Shown: one piece after another, positions 48,162 to 58,752 of the stretch | Numbering within the stretch: the stretch's first letter is position 1 | How the letters are laid out: the number at the start of each line of letters is the position of its first letter | Source: Pseudomonadota bacterium | GTDB taxonomy: Bacteria; Pseudomonadota; Alphaproteobacteria; Ferrovibrionales; Ferrovibrionaceae | Assembly (NCBI GenBank): GCA_023434425.1 | Contig: JAEYSS010000220.1 | Coordinates: forward strand, 3,110 to 67,109 | DNA: 64,000 nucleotides | Direction: 5' to 3' | Program-made: the position numbers and the translations under genes | The notes under the pieces: generated by a model | Told to the model about the DNA's origin: nothing | Databases searched by the model: none | Seen by the model: only the letters and a program-made list of their open reading frames with translations

Positions 48162-49322
48162 ATGAAACGAGTCTGTGTCGTCGTTGGCTCACGCGCCAAT
48201 TACAGTTCCATCAAATCGGCTATGCGCGCCATCCATACGCATACCGATCTGGAACTGCAGGTCGTCTGCATGGCATCCGCCATCCTCGACCGATACGGCA
48301 ACGTCGCCGCCCTGATCGAACGCGACGGCTTCCAAATCAGCGCACAACTCCATATTCTGCTGGAAGGCGAGACTCCCGCCACCATGGCGAAATCGACCGG
48401 CATCGGCCTTATCGAACTGCCGTCTGTTTTCGACCGACTGCGACCGGACTATGTGATTACCGTCGGGGATCGTTTCGAGACCATGGCAACCACTCTGGCT
48501 GCCGCCTACATGAACATCCCGATCGCCCATACCATGGGTGGAGAAGTCACCGGGACGATCGATGAAAGCATCCGCCACGCGGTCACCAAATTCGCACATA
48601 TCCACTTCCCTGCAAGCCAGGATGCAGCTGACCGGATCGCCAAGCTAGGCGAACGTACCGACATGATTTTCCGAGTCGGCTGCCCGCGCATCGACTTGGT
48701 GGCTGAAGTCCTGGCGACGGATGACGGCATGCCGGCATTGGACGATGCCCTGTTCATGACCGGCGTCGGCGCGCCGCTCGACCTCAACAAACCCTTCGCC
48801 ATCGTCTCCCAACATCCGGTGACGACGGAATATGGCGAAGGGGAGCGGCAGATCACGACGACTCTAGAAGCAGTCAAGCGCAACGACCTGCAGGCCATTG
48901 TGCTCTGGCCCAATGCCGACGCCGGTTCGGAAGACATTGCCCGCGGTATGCGGAAATGGCGCGAGAAAGGCATGGCGGACGGCATGCATTTCTTCAAAAA
49001 CCTGCCGATCGATACCTATGTCAAACTGATGGCGCGCGCGGCCTGCCTCGTCGGAAATTCGTCCAGCGGAATCCGCGAGGGCGCCTATATCGGAACGCCC
49101 GTGGTCAATATCGGCAGCCGCCAGGACTCGCGCGAACGGGCATCGAATGTGATGGATGTCGATCACAATCCCGGCGCCATCGCCGATGCGATTGCTGATC
49201 AGCGCAATCATGGCCGCTATGCGATGCAAGACACATATGGCGACGGCAAGGCGGGCCTGCGTATTGCCGATATTTTGGCCGGATTGGGTCCGGTCACCAT
49301 CCAGAAGACCATCACCTACTGA
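48162..49322 (+). CDS. neuC: Hydrolysing NDP-N-acetylhexosamine 2-epimerase (NeuC/LegG)
   Basis: Motifs GSRANY, GDRFE, GGE.TGTIDE..RHA.TK, QHPVT, PNADAG, GNSSSG. Confidence 0.9.
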   Translation: MKRVCVVVGSRANYSSIKSAMRAIHTHTDLELQVVCMASAILDRYGNVAALIERDGFQISAQLHILLEGETPATMAKSTGIGLIELPSVFDRLRPDYVITVGDRFETMATTLAAAYMNIPIAHTMGGEVTGTIDESIRHAVTKFAHIHFPASQDAADRIAKLGERTDMIFRVGCPRIDLVAEVLATDDGMPALDDALFMTGVGAPLDLNKPFAIVSQHPVTTEYGEGERQITTTLEAVKRNDLQAIVLWPNADAGSEDIARGMRKWREKGMADGMHFFKNLPIDTYVKLMARAACLVGNSSSGIREGAYIGTPVVNIGSRQDSRERASNVMDVDHNPGAIADAIADQRNHGRYAMQDTYGDGKAGLRIADILAGLGPVTIQKTITY

Positions 49323-49324
49323 AC

Positions 49325-50008
49325 ATGCAGCTTCTCGCCATCATTCCAGCACGCGGCGGCTCCAAGGGGATTCCGCGAAAGAACCTGTATCCACTGGCTG
49401 GGAAACCGCTGATCGCCTGGACGATCCACGCGGCCCTTGCCGCGACAAGCCTCGACCGCATCGTAGTCTCGACGGATAGCGAGGAGATCGCTGCCGTCGC
49501 GCGCGGCCTCGGCGTCGAAGCCATGATGCGGCCAGCCGGACTTGCACAGGACAAGACCCCTACCTTGCCGGTGCTGCAACATGTTGTCGCCACATTGGCG
49601 GAATCAGGCTACCGACCCGACGCAGTCATGACCCTGCAGCCAACATCGCCGCTGCGCACGGCCGACAATATCGATGAAGCCGCGGCGCTGTTTTTCCGCG
49701 CACCCGAAGCTGACAGTCTGGTCAGCACCGTGACGGTACCGCATATATTCCACCCGCTTTCGGTGATGCGGCGCGACGAGGATGGATATCTGAAACCGTT
49801 CCTCGACGGCGACATGCCCTTGCGGCGGCAGGACAAGCAGGACATCTTCGCCCGCAACGGTGCCGCCATATACATCACCCGCACCGACCGATTGGCGCAG
49901 TATGTTTTCGGTGGTCGGCTGATCGGCTACAGCATGCCCGCCGAAACCTCCGTTGACATCGACGCCATGGAAGACGTGGCGATCGCGGAAGCAATGCTTT
50001 CAAAGTAA
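49325..50008 (+). CDS. neuA: CMP-nonulosonic acid synthetase
   Basis: Motifs IPARGGSKGIPRKN, VSTDS, LQPTSPLR, RRQD, NGA, SVDID. Confidence 0.93.
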   Translation: MQLLAIIPARGGSKGIPRKNLYPLAGKPLIAWTIHAALAATSLDRIVVSTDSEEIAAVARGLGVEAMMRPAGLAQDKTPTLPVLQHVVATLAESGYRPDAVMTLQPTSPLRTADNIDEAAALFFRAPEADSLVSTVTVPHIFHPLSVMRRDEDGYLKPFLDGDMPLRRQDKQDIFARNGAAIYITRTDRLAQYVFGGRLIGYSMPAETSVDIDAMEDVAIAEAMLSK

Positions 50009-51657
50009 TGATGCGCTCTGTCTCGACCTTGTTGCCGCGTCTCCGCAGGCGCGCCTTGCTGGAATTCGACCTTCTGCAATGGCGCGCGCAGGTCGCGGCG
50101 CTTGCCGCCACCACCCCGCCCCAGCCTACGGCCGGTACGGTACTGATCTGCGAACTCATGGCCCTATATGCGACCATCAAGGTGGAAGCTTTGCTGGCCA
50201 CCGCCCTGCGCGAGAAGGGCCACGGGATTGCCGTCCTGCTTCCCGCACGAAATGGCACGGTCGAGCGGATTCACAGAGCCGCTGGCCCAACCACATTCTA
50301 CTACCTCAGCGATCTGACCTCAAATGAAGACAGACTGTCTTGCCGGCAGCAAGCCGCTGGTATCGTTGCCACGACATCAGACATCAATGCCCTGATCGAT
50401 CTGGAGGTCGACGGATATCGCGTCGGCCGCAATGCCCTGTCCTCGGCGATCCGCCGCCTGCGGGCCGGTCGACTGGACAACGGCGATGCGTATCACCAGT
50501 CTCTGGTGGAATCCTGCCTGGCGGAATCACTGCTGACCCGGCTGGCGGCGACCAGACTGATGGAAGAGGTCAAGCCGGTTTTTGGTCTGTTCAACGAGCG
50601 TGGCTATACGCCGGCCGGGGAAATCTTCGATGCCTGCCTGCTGCACGGCGCTGCTGGCATCCAGTGGTTTGGCGCACCGCAATCCGACTCCCTAATCTAC
50701 AAGCGCTACACGCTGGCCACGCGCGATACGCATCCTTTCGCCCTCGGCCAAGATACCTGGAACGAACTGAAGGCTAGCGATTTTCCGCCCGCCGAGGAAG
50801 AGCGGACGATGCAACTCTTGGCGCGCAATTACGCCCAGGGCGCCTGGTTCAACCGCCAGCAACTGCAGGAAGGCAAGACTGTCTTCGACGTCGCCGAAAC
50901 CCGCCGCCGGCTGGGTGTGGCAGAAGGCCGCAAGGTCGCAGTCATCTTCGCGCATATCCTCTATGACGCCACTTTCTTCTATGGCACCAGCTTGTTCCCG
51001 GATTACGAAGCCTGGCTGATCGAGACCGTACGTTGCGCTGTCGCCAATCCGGCGATGGATTGGATAGTCAAGGTACACCCGGTCAATGTCTGGCGCTCGC
51101 GGATGGATGGCACGCCAATGGAACAGCTCGAAAGCCTGGCGATCGACCGCGCCATCGGCAAGCTGCCGCCGCATGTCCGCCTCATGCGGGCCGATACCGA
51201 CATCAACACCTATTCCCTGTTTGGTGCTGTCGATTACGGACTCACCGTGCGCGGCACAATCGGTATGGAATTGCCCTGCTTTGGCATCCCCACCGTTACT
51301 GCCGGCACCGGCCGCTATTCCGGTGCCGGCTTCACCGTCGATCCCGCCACGGCGGATGAATATCGCGCCCTACTGGCCAGACTGCAGGATGTCCCGAAGC
51401 TTGACCAGCACGCTATGCGCCTGGCCCGTCGGTATCTCTGGGGAACATTCTTCCGGCGGCCAATCCCGATGCAGTCGTTTGTCCTCGACTTCAATGCCGA
51501 TCGCTTGGGCTTACCGGATTTGCGAGTCGACACGACCGTCGCTCCGACCGTTCAGTCCTCTGGCCGCTTCCTTGATGACCTCATCCGGATTTCAGGTTGG
51601 CTAGCAGGCGAGACAACTTCCGACCTGCTGCGGGCCGAAGACCAGCACGCCCGATGA
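50008..51657 (+). CDS. Capsule-biosynthesis-like GT-B protein (candidate nonulosonate transferase)
   Basis: Motifs WIVKVHP and TVRGTIGME..FGIP.V.AG (KpsS/KpsC-like tail). Coupled to neuA. Confidence 0.6.
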   Translation: MMRSVSTLLPRLRRRALLEFDLLQWRAQVAALAATTPPQPTAGTVLICELMALYATIKVEALLATALREKGHGIAVLLPARNGTVERIHRAAGPTTFYYLSDLTSNEDRLSCRQQAAGIVATTSDINALIDLEVDGYRVGRNALSSAIRRLRAGRLDNGDAYHQSLVESCLAESLLTRLAATRLMEEVKPVFGLFNERGYTPAGEIFDACLLHGAAGIQWFGAPQSDSLIYKRYTLATRDTHPFALGQDTWNELKASDFPPAEEERTMQLLARNYAQGAWFNRQQLQEGKTVFDVAETRRRLGVAEGRKVAVIFAHILYDATFFYGTSLFPDYEAWLIETVRCAVANPAMDWIVKVHPVNVWRSRMDGTPMEQLESLAIDRAIGKLPPHVRLMRADTDINTYSLFGAVDYGLTVRGTIGMELPCFGIPTVTAGTGRYSGAGFTVDPATADEYRALLARLQDVPKLDQHAMRLARRYLWGTFFRRPIPMQSFVLDFNADRLGLPDLRVDTTVAPTVQSSGRFLDDLIRISGWLAGETTSDLLRAEDQHAR

Positions 51658-53000
51658 ATATCGGCATGTCCCGAGAATGCGGTCTCCCCCGCACGCTGTT
51701 CGTGACGCCGCATGCCTTCAATCATCTGACCGGCGGCGGCATCACCTTTTCCAATCTTTTCCGCGGCTGGCCGCAGGACCGGCTGGCGACGGTGCATAAC
51801 GACTACATCCCGACCACCGACGATGTCTGCCGGCAATATTACCGCCTCGGGCAGGCTGAGCTCGACCTCTGGACGCCGGTCCGCCGTGCCGCAAACCTCC
51901 TCGGCATGACGCCGGCCCGTGATATCGCTGCACTCGCGGCAGCGGCCGGCGCGCCGCCTGGCAGCGCGCCGCCCAGCTGGGCCCGCCGCATCCAGTCCCT
52001 GCTGATCGATGCGGAAATGCCGCGTTCGGCGTGTCTCACGCCAGCCCTGGAACGCTGGATCGAGGCCTTCCGTCCCGAAGTCCTCTACACGATCCTCGGC
52101 AGCAACGGATTCATGGACCTGATTAACCTGATCCGCCGCCGTTTCGATTTGCCGCTCGTGGTCCATATCATGGATGACTGGGCCTCGTCGGCGCATCGCC
52201 ACGGCCTGCTGTCGCCGCTGCAGCGCCACGGCATGAATTGGCGCCTGCAGCATTTCTATAATGCTGCCCATACGCGGCTGGCGATCAGCGATGCGATGGC
52301 CGAGACATACAGCCAGCGCTATGGCCAACCCTTCTCGGCGCTTCATAATGCAATCGATATTGCGCGCTGGCAGTCCCTGGCACGTCGCGACGCCACCGCC
52401 AGCGATAAGGGAAACCTCCTCTATATTGGCTCGGTCATGCCGCAGGCCCAGCTCAGCAGCCTCGTCGACTGCTGTCGGGCCGTTGCCGACCTGCACACCG
52501 GCGGCCGGCAGATCTCGCTCAGTATCGCCTCGCCCCAATTCCAGATTGATCCGGTGCGCCATCTGCTAACCATCCACCCAGCGATCCGTATTCTCGATCC
52601 CATCGAGGATGACGAGCAGTTCTTCCGCAGCATTGCCGCCGCCGATGCACTTTTGCTACCGGTAAATTTCGACGAGGAAAGTATCCGCTTCATCCGCTAT
52701 TCGATGCCAACCAAGGTGCCGGCCTATTTGTTTTCCGGCACTCCGATCCTGGCCTATGGTCCGGGCGATCTGGCGCAGACTCGATATGCACAGGAGGCCG
52801 GCTGGGGCCTCGTGGTGGATCGCCCCGATCCGGCGGCCCTGAAGGCGGGCATGGCCGATATCCTCGACAATGCCGCCCTGCGCGATCGGCTATCGCAGAC
52901 GGCGCGCGCCCTGGCGGCTGCGCGCCACGACATATCCATGGTACGACAGCAATTCCGGTCTCTCCTCGCTGGGGCCGCAGCAGCGGGGGCACAAGCGTGA
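51654..53000 (+). CDS. Glycosyltransferase (GT-B, GT4-like)
   Basis: Motifs LAISDAM, HNAID, LLYIGS, ADALLLP, SMPTKVPAYL.SG.PIL. Confidence 0.8.
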   Translation: MNIGMSRECGLPRTLFVTPHAFNHLTGGGITFSNLFRGWPQDRLATVHNDYIPTTDDVCRQYYRLGQAELDLWTPVRRAANLLGMTPARDIAALAAAAGAPPGSAPPSWARRIQSLLIDAEMPRSACLTPALERWIEAFRPEVLYTILGSNGFMDLINLIRRRFDLPLVVHIMDDWASSAHRHGLLSPLQRHGMNWRLQHFYNAAHTRLAISDAMAETYSQRYGQPFSALHNAIDIARWQSLARRDATASDKGNLLYIGSVMPQAQLSSLVDCCRAVADLHTGGRQISLSIASPQFQIDPVRHLLTIHPAIRILDPIEDDEQFFRSIAAADALLLPVNFDEESIRFIRYSMPTKVPAYLFSGTPILAYGPGDLAQTRYAQEAGWGLVVDRPDPAALKAGMADILDNAALRDRLSQTARALAAARHDISMVRQQFRSLLAGAAAAGAQA

Positions 53001-55126
53001 AACAGGTTTTCGCCACGCGCCAGGGCATCCTGGTGAATGACGTGCCCGCTCCCGGCCTTGAGCCCGGCACCATTCTGGTCCGCACCGGGCATTCCTGCAT
53101 TTCGGTCGGAACCGAGATGAGCGGCCTGCGCTCGCTGAAGAAGCCGCTGTGGCGTCGCGCGGTGGAAGAGCCGGAAAAGCTGATGAAGCTGGCGCGTCAT
53201 ATCCGCAATGAAGGCGCGGCCAAGACGCGCGCGCTGCTGCGGGCACAGCTGAGTGCCGCGCATCCGGTTGGCTATTCGGCCGCCGGGACGGTTGTCGCCA
53301 TCGGCGAGGACGTCGAGGGCTTCTCGGTCGGCGACCGCGTCGCCTGCGCCGGCGGGCAATGGGCCCATCACGCCGAAATGATCCGCGTGCCGCTCAACAT
53401 GGCGGTCAAGCTGCCCGATCAGGTCTCGACGGCGGCCGCCTCTACAGTTGCACTTGGCGCCATCGCCCTGCAGGGCCTGCGCCGCGCAGCACCGACCATC
53501 GGCGAGACCTTCGTCGTCATTGGCCTCGGCATCCTCGGCCAGATGACCCAGCGCATGCTGCAGGCCAACGGCGTGCGGGTGATCGGCTTGGACCTGCAGG
53601 AGGCGCGCGTGCAACGCGCCATGCAGCATGGCATGGCAGCCGGATTCTCCAACGCCGACAGCAGCGCCCTGAAGGCGGTCGAACGGCTGACCGGCGGCCA
53701 TGGGGTGGATGGCGTGATCGTCACTGCCGCTTCGCCCTCGAACGACATTCTCTCACTTGCCTTCAGGATGTGCCGGCGCAAGGGCCGCGTCATTCTCGTC
53801 GGCGATGTCGGCCTCGATATCAACCGCGCCGACATTTACGAGAAAGAACTCGATTTTCTCATCTCCACCTCCTACGGGCCGGGCCGTTACGACAGCCGCT
53901 ACGAAGAAAAGGGCGAGGATTACCCCATCGGCTACGTGCGATGGACCGAAGCGCGCAACATGACGGCCTATCTCGACCTGATTGCGTCGGGCCGTCTCGA
54001 TGTCGCCGACCTACTCGAAGCCGAGTTCCCAATCCAGGATGCGACGCGCGCCTATGCCGCACTCGCCACTGGCGCGACTGCCCCGTTGTCGGTCATCCTG
54101 TCCTATGGCACAGCGGACGACGCCGCTCAGCGCCGCATCACTCTGCGCGGCACGCCGTCCGCGCGCAGCGGTGCCGTCCGGCTGGCCGTGATCGGCGCCG
54201 GCGGTTTCGCCCAAGGCACCCTGCTTCCCATCATCCAGCGCAATCCGGACCTGTTCTCCATTGAGGCTGTTGTCGGACGCCAGGGCCATCGCAGCCTGGA
54301 AGCCGGCAAGGTCTATGGCGCCGCTTATGCCACGACCAACATGCAGCAGGTCCTGGACGATCCGAATGTCGAGGCCGTCCTGATCGCCACCCGCCATGAC
54401 CTGCATGCGCCTATGGTTCTGGCTGCCGCGCGCGCCGGCAAGCATGTCTTCGTCGAAAAACCGCTCTGCCTCAGCCGCGCGGAGCTGGCCGAGATCGAAG
54501 CCTTCTATGCAGCACCCGGTGAAAAGCCGCTGTTGCTGACCGGCTTCAACCGGCGTTTCTCCCCCTATGGCGCCGTCATCTCGAATATGCTGGCCCGGCG
54601 CAGCAACCCGCTGATGATCAATTACCGCGTCAATGCCGGCCATATTCCGTCACAGCACTGGGTGCATGGCAGTGAAGGCGGCGGCCGCAATCTCGGCGAG
54701 GCTTGCCATTTCTATGACTTCATGACATTCCTGACCGGCGCAAGGGCCGTCGACGTGCAGGCCTCAGCGATCCGGCCTGCGACCGACTATTACCGCAGCG
54801 ACGACAATTTCGTCGCCGCCATCCGCTTCGAGGACGGCTCGGTCGGCACGCTGACCTATACCGCACTGGGCGCGCCAGACTATCCCAAGGAACGCGTCGA
54901 GGTCTATTGCGACGGCAGGATCGCGGAACTGGAAGATTTCAGGTCGCTGACTTTTGCCGGCGGCGGATCGAAGGGCCTGCAGACCAAACTAGCCGACAAA
55001 GGGCATGAGGCCGAGATCCTCGCCTTTGGCCGCGGCATCCGCAGCGGCGAGTGGCCGTTGCCACTGTGGCAGCAACTGCAGGCGATGCAGATCGCCTTCG
55101 ATGTCGAAGGCCGTCTGAAATCCTGA
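52997..55126 (+). CDS. Bi-domain oxidoreductase (MDR + Gfo/Idh/MocA)
   Basis: N domain: ISVGTE, GYSAAG, IGLGILG, SYGPGRYD. C domain: IGAGGF, GKHVFVEKP, GFNRRF, GEACHF. Confidence 0.9.
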   Translation: MKQVFATRQGILVNDVPAPGLEPGTILVRTGHSCISVGTEMSGLRSLKKPLWRRAVEEPEKLMKLARHIRNEGAAKTRALLRAQLSAAHPVGYSAAGTVVAIGEDVEGFSVGDRVACAGGQWAHHAEMIRVPLNMAVKLPDQVSTAAASTVALGAIALQGLRRAAPTIGETFVVIGLGILGQMTQRMLQANGVRVIGLDLQEARVQRAMQHGMAAGFSNADSSALKAVERLTGGHGVDGVIVTAASPSNDILSLAFRMCRRKGRVILVGDVGLDINRADIYEKELDFLISTSYGPGRYDSRYEEKGEDYPIGYVRWTEARNMTAYLDLIASGRLDVADLLEAEFPIQDATRAYAALATGATAPLSVILSYGTADDAAQRRITLRGTPSARSGAVRLAVIGAGGFAQGTLLPIIQRNPDLFSIEAVVGRQGHRSLEAGKVYGAAYATTNMQQVLDDPNVEAVLIATRHDLHAPMVLAAARAGKHVFVEKPLCLSRAELAEIEAFYAAPGEKPLLLTGFNRRFSPYGAVISNMLARRSNPLMINYRVNAGHIPSQHWVHGSEGGGRNLGEACHFYDFMTFLTGARAVDVQASAIRPATDYYRSDDNFVAAIRFEDGSVGTLTYTALGAPDYPKERVEVYCDGRIAELEDFRSLTFAGGGSKGLQTKLADKGHEAEILAFGRGIRSGEWPLPLWQQLQAMQIAFDVEGRLKS

Positions 55127-55131
55127 TCCCG

Positions 55132-55806
55132 ATGCCCAGCAATACGCCGACCTCCGACTTCTTCGACCAAGCTGCCTCGGGCTGGTCCGATCGCTACGCC
55201 AGCGACGCCAGCTTCCGCCAGCGCCTGCAGGTCATCCTGCAGGCGGCCGCGCCCATGCTGGCCGACGGCGGCGACATCCTGGATTTCGGCTGTGGCGCGG
55301 GCGACCTGTCTGCCCTGCTGGCACAGCAGGGCTGCCGCGTCACCGGCGCGGATATTTCGGTCGCCATGCTGGAGATCGCACGCCGCCGAACCGCCGGAGA
55401 GTTCATCCAACTCAGTGATGATCCGACATTGCCATTTACGGACGACCGGTTTGATGGCTGCATCGCCTCCAGCGTCCTGGAATACGTGCCGCAGCCCGCG
55501 GCGACCCTGGCCGAGATCATCCGCGTGCTGCGCCCCGGCGGCCGGTTCCTGATGACGGTTCCCGATCCCGATCACCCCGCCCGCCGCAGGGAGGCACGGA
55601 TCAAGATGCTGCTGCGCATTCCGGGCCTGCGGCACGTGCTCGCCCTGTCCCGCTGGAAAGAAGGCGCGGCCTATCTTCAGATTTCTCGCAATCGTCCGGC
55701 ACTGGCCACATGGCAGGGCAGACTGCAGGATCTGGGCCTGGGCGAAACCGTCATTCACTGCAGCGGCCTGCCGCTTGCCATCATCATGGGCCGTAAACCG
55801 TCATGA
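55132..55806 (+). CDS. Class I SAM methyltransferase
   Basis: Motifs LDFGCGAG, GADIS, SVLEY, RVLRPGG. Confidence 0.87.
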   Translation: MPSNTPTSDFFDQAASGWSDRYASDASFRQRLQVILQAAAPMLADGGDILDFGCGAGDLSALLAQQGCRVTGADISVAMLEIARRRTAGEFIQLSDDPTLPFTDDRFDGCIASSVLEYVPQPAATLAEIIRVLRPGGRFLMTVPDPDHPARRREARIKMLLRIPGLRHVLALSRWKEGAAYLQISRNRPALATWQGRLQDLGLGETVIHCSGLPLAIIMGRKPS

Positions 55807-56609
55807 CCCGCTATAAGCCGTCGCCGGTGCCCGCCGAGGCTTCCAGCCCGCTACCGCTGCCTACGGAAGACATCTACGGCAATACCAAGAAGCTGCGCTT
55901 CATTATAGATCGGCTCGACCGTCATGCCGAACGGATCGGCCGGCCGCCCGTGGTGCTCGATTTCGGCTGCGGCAATGCCGACGCCATGGGGCAATATCTG
56001 GCCGACGGGCAGCGCCGCTATTACGGCGTCGACATGCATGATGCGTCGCTCGACCACGCGCGCAGCATCTGCAAGAACCCCAACACCACCTTCTCGAAAA
56101 CCGTGCCTGATGGCGTGACCTTCGATGCGCTCGTCTATGCCGACGTTCTGGAGCATCTGCACGATCCGACCTCTGCCCTGCGCGAGCATGTTGGCCGGCT
56201 TGCATCCGGCGGCATCGTTCTAGGCTCGGTGCCGAATGGCTACGGCCCGTGCGAGATCGAAAAATTCCTGACGCGCCATCTGCATCTCTATGAGATCGCG
56301 CGCTGGCCGCTGCAGATGGCCCGGCGGCTGGCCGGCCGCGCACGACCCAACGCCGCGGCCGTGCCCTACAATCATGAGTCCGGCCATGTTGTATTCTTTA
56401 CGCTGAGCATGCTGGAAGCGATGGCCGCCGATGCCGGCCTAAGCATCACACGGTTCGGCCATGGCGGCTTCGTCGGGGCAGATCTGACCGGCGCAACGAT
56501 TTTCCGCACGCAGGGCTTTGCCGACTGGAATGCCCGCATTTCCGACCGGCTGCCGTCCCGCATGGTCTCTACTTGGTATTTCGAACTGGCCCGTAGCGAC
56601 ATAAATTGA
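55803..56609 (+). CDS. Class I SAM methyltransferase
   Basis: Motifs LDFGCG, GVD, DVLEHL, SVPNG. Confidence 0.85.
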   Translation: MTRYKPSPVPAEASSPLPLPTEDIYGNTKKLRFIIDRLDRHAERIGRPPVVLDFGCGNADAMGQYLADGQRRYYGVDMHDASLDHARSICKNPNTTFSKTVPDGVTFDALVYADVLEHLHDPTSALREHVGRLASGGIVLGSVPNGYGPCEIEKFLTRHLHLYEIARWPLQMARRLAGRARPNAAAVPYNHESGHVVFFTLSMLEAMAADAGLSITRFGHGGFVGADLTGATIFRTQGFADWNARISDRLPSRMVSTWYFELARSDIN

Positions 56610-56619
56610 CCCCGCGCCG

Positions 56620-58752
56620 ATGACCACGCTGAAGGACTACATCCGCCTGATGCGGCAGTTGCCGCTGAGCGAGGTCGGGCGGCGCGGCAGCGCCTTGCTG
56701 TTGCGTGCCGCCCGCCACCGGCTCGAACGGTGGCGCGACGGGCGGAGCGGCACCTATCTGCTGGACACCACCGCACCGGATATCGCATTCCGGATGCGGT
56801 TCGGCGGCGAGGCACTCCCGGCCGAGATCGCGGATCGCCTGTGCCAAGAAGCCCGCCACGCCATCGTCCACGAATTCGACATCCTCGGCTCCGGGCGGGT
56901 CCCCGTTCATCACGGCATGGCCTGCGCGGGGATCGAGGGGGTGTGCCATCCGCAACAGCCGGCGGTGACGGCCGATGCCGAAGGTGCCTGGCTGCAAGGA
57001 CGCGTCACGTCGGCCAACCTGGCCGAAAGCCAGCGCATCTGGCGTCTGATCCGCAGCGGCGTCTGGGCCCAGCCGGATTATCGCCCGATCGACTGGCAGA
57101 TCGACATCCGCTCCGGCTACCGCTGGTCGGAGCTCAGCTACTATGCAGATATCCAGATCGGACCAGCGCGCGGCGCGGACATCAAGCTGCCTTGGGAACT
57201 CGCCCGCATGCAGCACCTGCCGCAACTGGCGCAGGCAGCCCGGCTGGGGGAGACGAGTGCGGAAACCGAAATCCGCGCCCAGATTCTCGACTTCATCGCC
57301 AGCAATCCACCGCGCCATGGCGTCAACTGGAAAGGCCCGATGGACGTTGCCATCCGCGCCGTCAACTGGCTGGTCGCCCTGGGCATAATGCAGGATGGTG
57401 GGTGTGCTTACGATGCCGAGTTCCGCGCCGTGGTCGGCCGCAGCCTTCTCGAGCACGGCCAACATGTGCTTCAGCATCTCGAATGGTCGGAAGAACCGCG
57501 CAGCAATCACTACCTCGCAAATATCACTGGCCTGCTGTTCATCGCCGCGCACCTGCCGGCAACCCCGCTGACGAACGGCTGGCTCGGCTTCGCCACCCGC
57601 GAATTCCTGATCGAGCTGCAGCGACAGTTCCATCCGGACGGCAGCAACTACGAGGCCTCTACCGGCTATCACCGCCTGTCCTCCGAAATGGCCCTGTTTG
57701 GTTCGGCGCTCCTGCTGGGTCTTGACCCAACCGTCCAGCAGCAGGTAGCGCAACCACAGCCGCGGCTTGCCGTCCGCCCGCCCCAGCCAGGGAAGGCACT
57801 ACCACTGCATGCCCTGCCCGACGGCACACAGACCCTGCTCCCGGCGACGCTCTGGCCGCTGCTGGAACGCATGGCGGAATTCACCGCCGATATCCTCAAG
57901 CCCGATTGCCGTCCGATACTGATTGGCGACCAGGATTCCGGCCGCCTACTCAAGCTGGACCCGTCGACCGCCTCTCCGCATGATCACCGCGGCCTGCTGC
58001 GCCTGGCCGGCGCGCTGTTCGGCCGGCCCGACCTGACCGCGGCGGGCGGCGGGCGAGGCATCGAAAGCCAGGCTCTGGACGCCCTGTCACGGCAGCGCTT
58101 CCTACCCGCCTCCGGCGATCGCTTTCCCGCCCGGCATTGCCGCATCGGCCCGGACAGCGCACCCGCCCTGCCGCAGGCACCGGTCGCCCGGCACATCAGC
58201 CTGCACCTGCCGGCCGGCAGCACGGTGGGCCAACAGCTCGCCGGTTACCCGGATTTCGGCCTCTATGTCCTCCGCTCCGAGCGGCTGTTCTGCGCCTTGC
58301 GCTGTTTCGATCCGGCGGTATCCGGAATCTGGGGCCATTCGCACGACGACAACCTGTCCATCGAACTGGTGATCGACGGGGTGGACTACATCGTCGATCC
58401 CGGTACCTACGTCTACACCTCGATTCCAGAATACCGTGACCTGTACCGCAGCGCGGCGGCGCATTTCACGCCCCGGCCCGCCAACAGGACCGCCCTGCAG
58501 ACCGCCGGTCCCTTCACGGCGCGGCAGATTGCCCGCGCCACCTGCCGGCAGTTCGGGCCCCAGGGCTTCTCGGCCATCCTGACCGGACCGGACTGGACTG
58601 CCGAGCGTACCGTCGTGCTTGGCGAGAACAGCCTGGATATCTTTGACGCGGTTTCCCCCGCACCACTGGCGGCACCGCCTTCCCCTGATCAACGTCCCAC
58701 CGTCACCGATGGCTACGGCTGCAAAACCACGCGTCCTGCTTACCTTTTTTGA
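56620..58752 (+). CDS. Heparinase II/III family protein
   Basis: Motifs DIKLPWELARMQH, NW..PMDVAIR, NHYLAN, EASTGYH, GHSHDD.LS, DPGTYVYT. Confidence 0.87.
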   Translation: MTTLKDYIRLMRQLPLSEVGRRGSALLLRAARHRLERWRDGRSGTYLLDTTAPDIAFRMRFGGEALPAEIADRLCQEARHAIVHEFDILGSGRVPVHHGMACAGIEGVCHPQQPAVTADAEGAWLQGRVTSANLAESQRIWRLIRSGVWAQPDYRPIDWQIDIRSGYRWSELSYYADIQIGPARGADIKLPWELARMQHLPQLAQAARLGETSAETEIRAQILDFIASNPPRHGVNWKGPMDVAIRAVNWLVALGIMQDGGCAYDAEFRAVVGRSLLEHGQHVLQHLEWSEEPRSNHYLANITGLLFIAAHLPATPLTNGWLGFATREFLIELQRQFHPDGSNYEASTGYHRLSSEMALFGSALLLGLDPTVQQQVAQPQPRLAVRPPQPGKALPLHALPDGTQTLLPATLWPLLERMAEFTADILKPDCRPILIGDQDSGRLLKLDPSTASPHDHRGLLRLAGALFGRPDLTAAGGGRGIESQALDALSRQRFLPASGDRFPARHCRIGPDSAPALPQAPVARHISLHLPAGSTVGQQLAGYPDFGLYVLRSERLFCALRCFDPAVSGIWGHSHDDNLSIELVIDGVDYIVDPGTYVYTSIPEYRDLYRSAAAHFTPRPANRTALQTAGPFTARQIARATCRQFGPQGFSAILTGPDWTAERTVVLGENSLDIFDAVSPAPLAAPPSPDQRPTVTDGYGCKTTRPAYLF

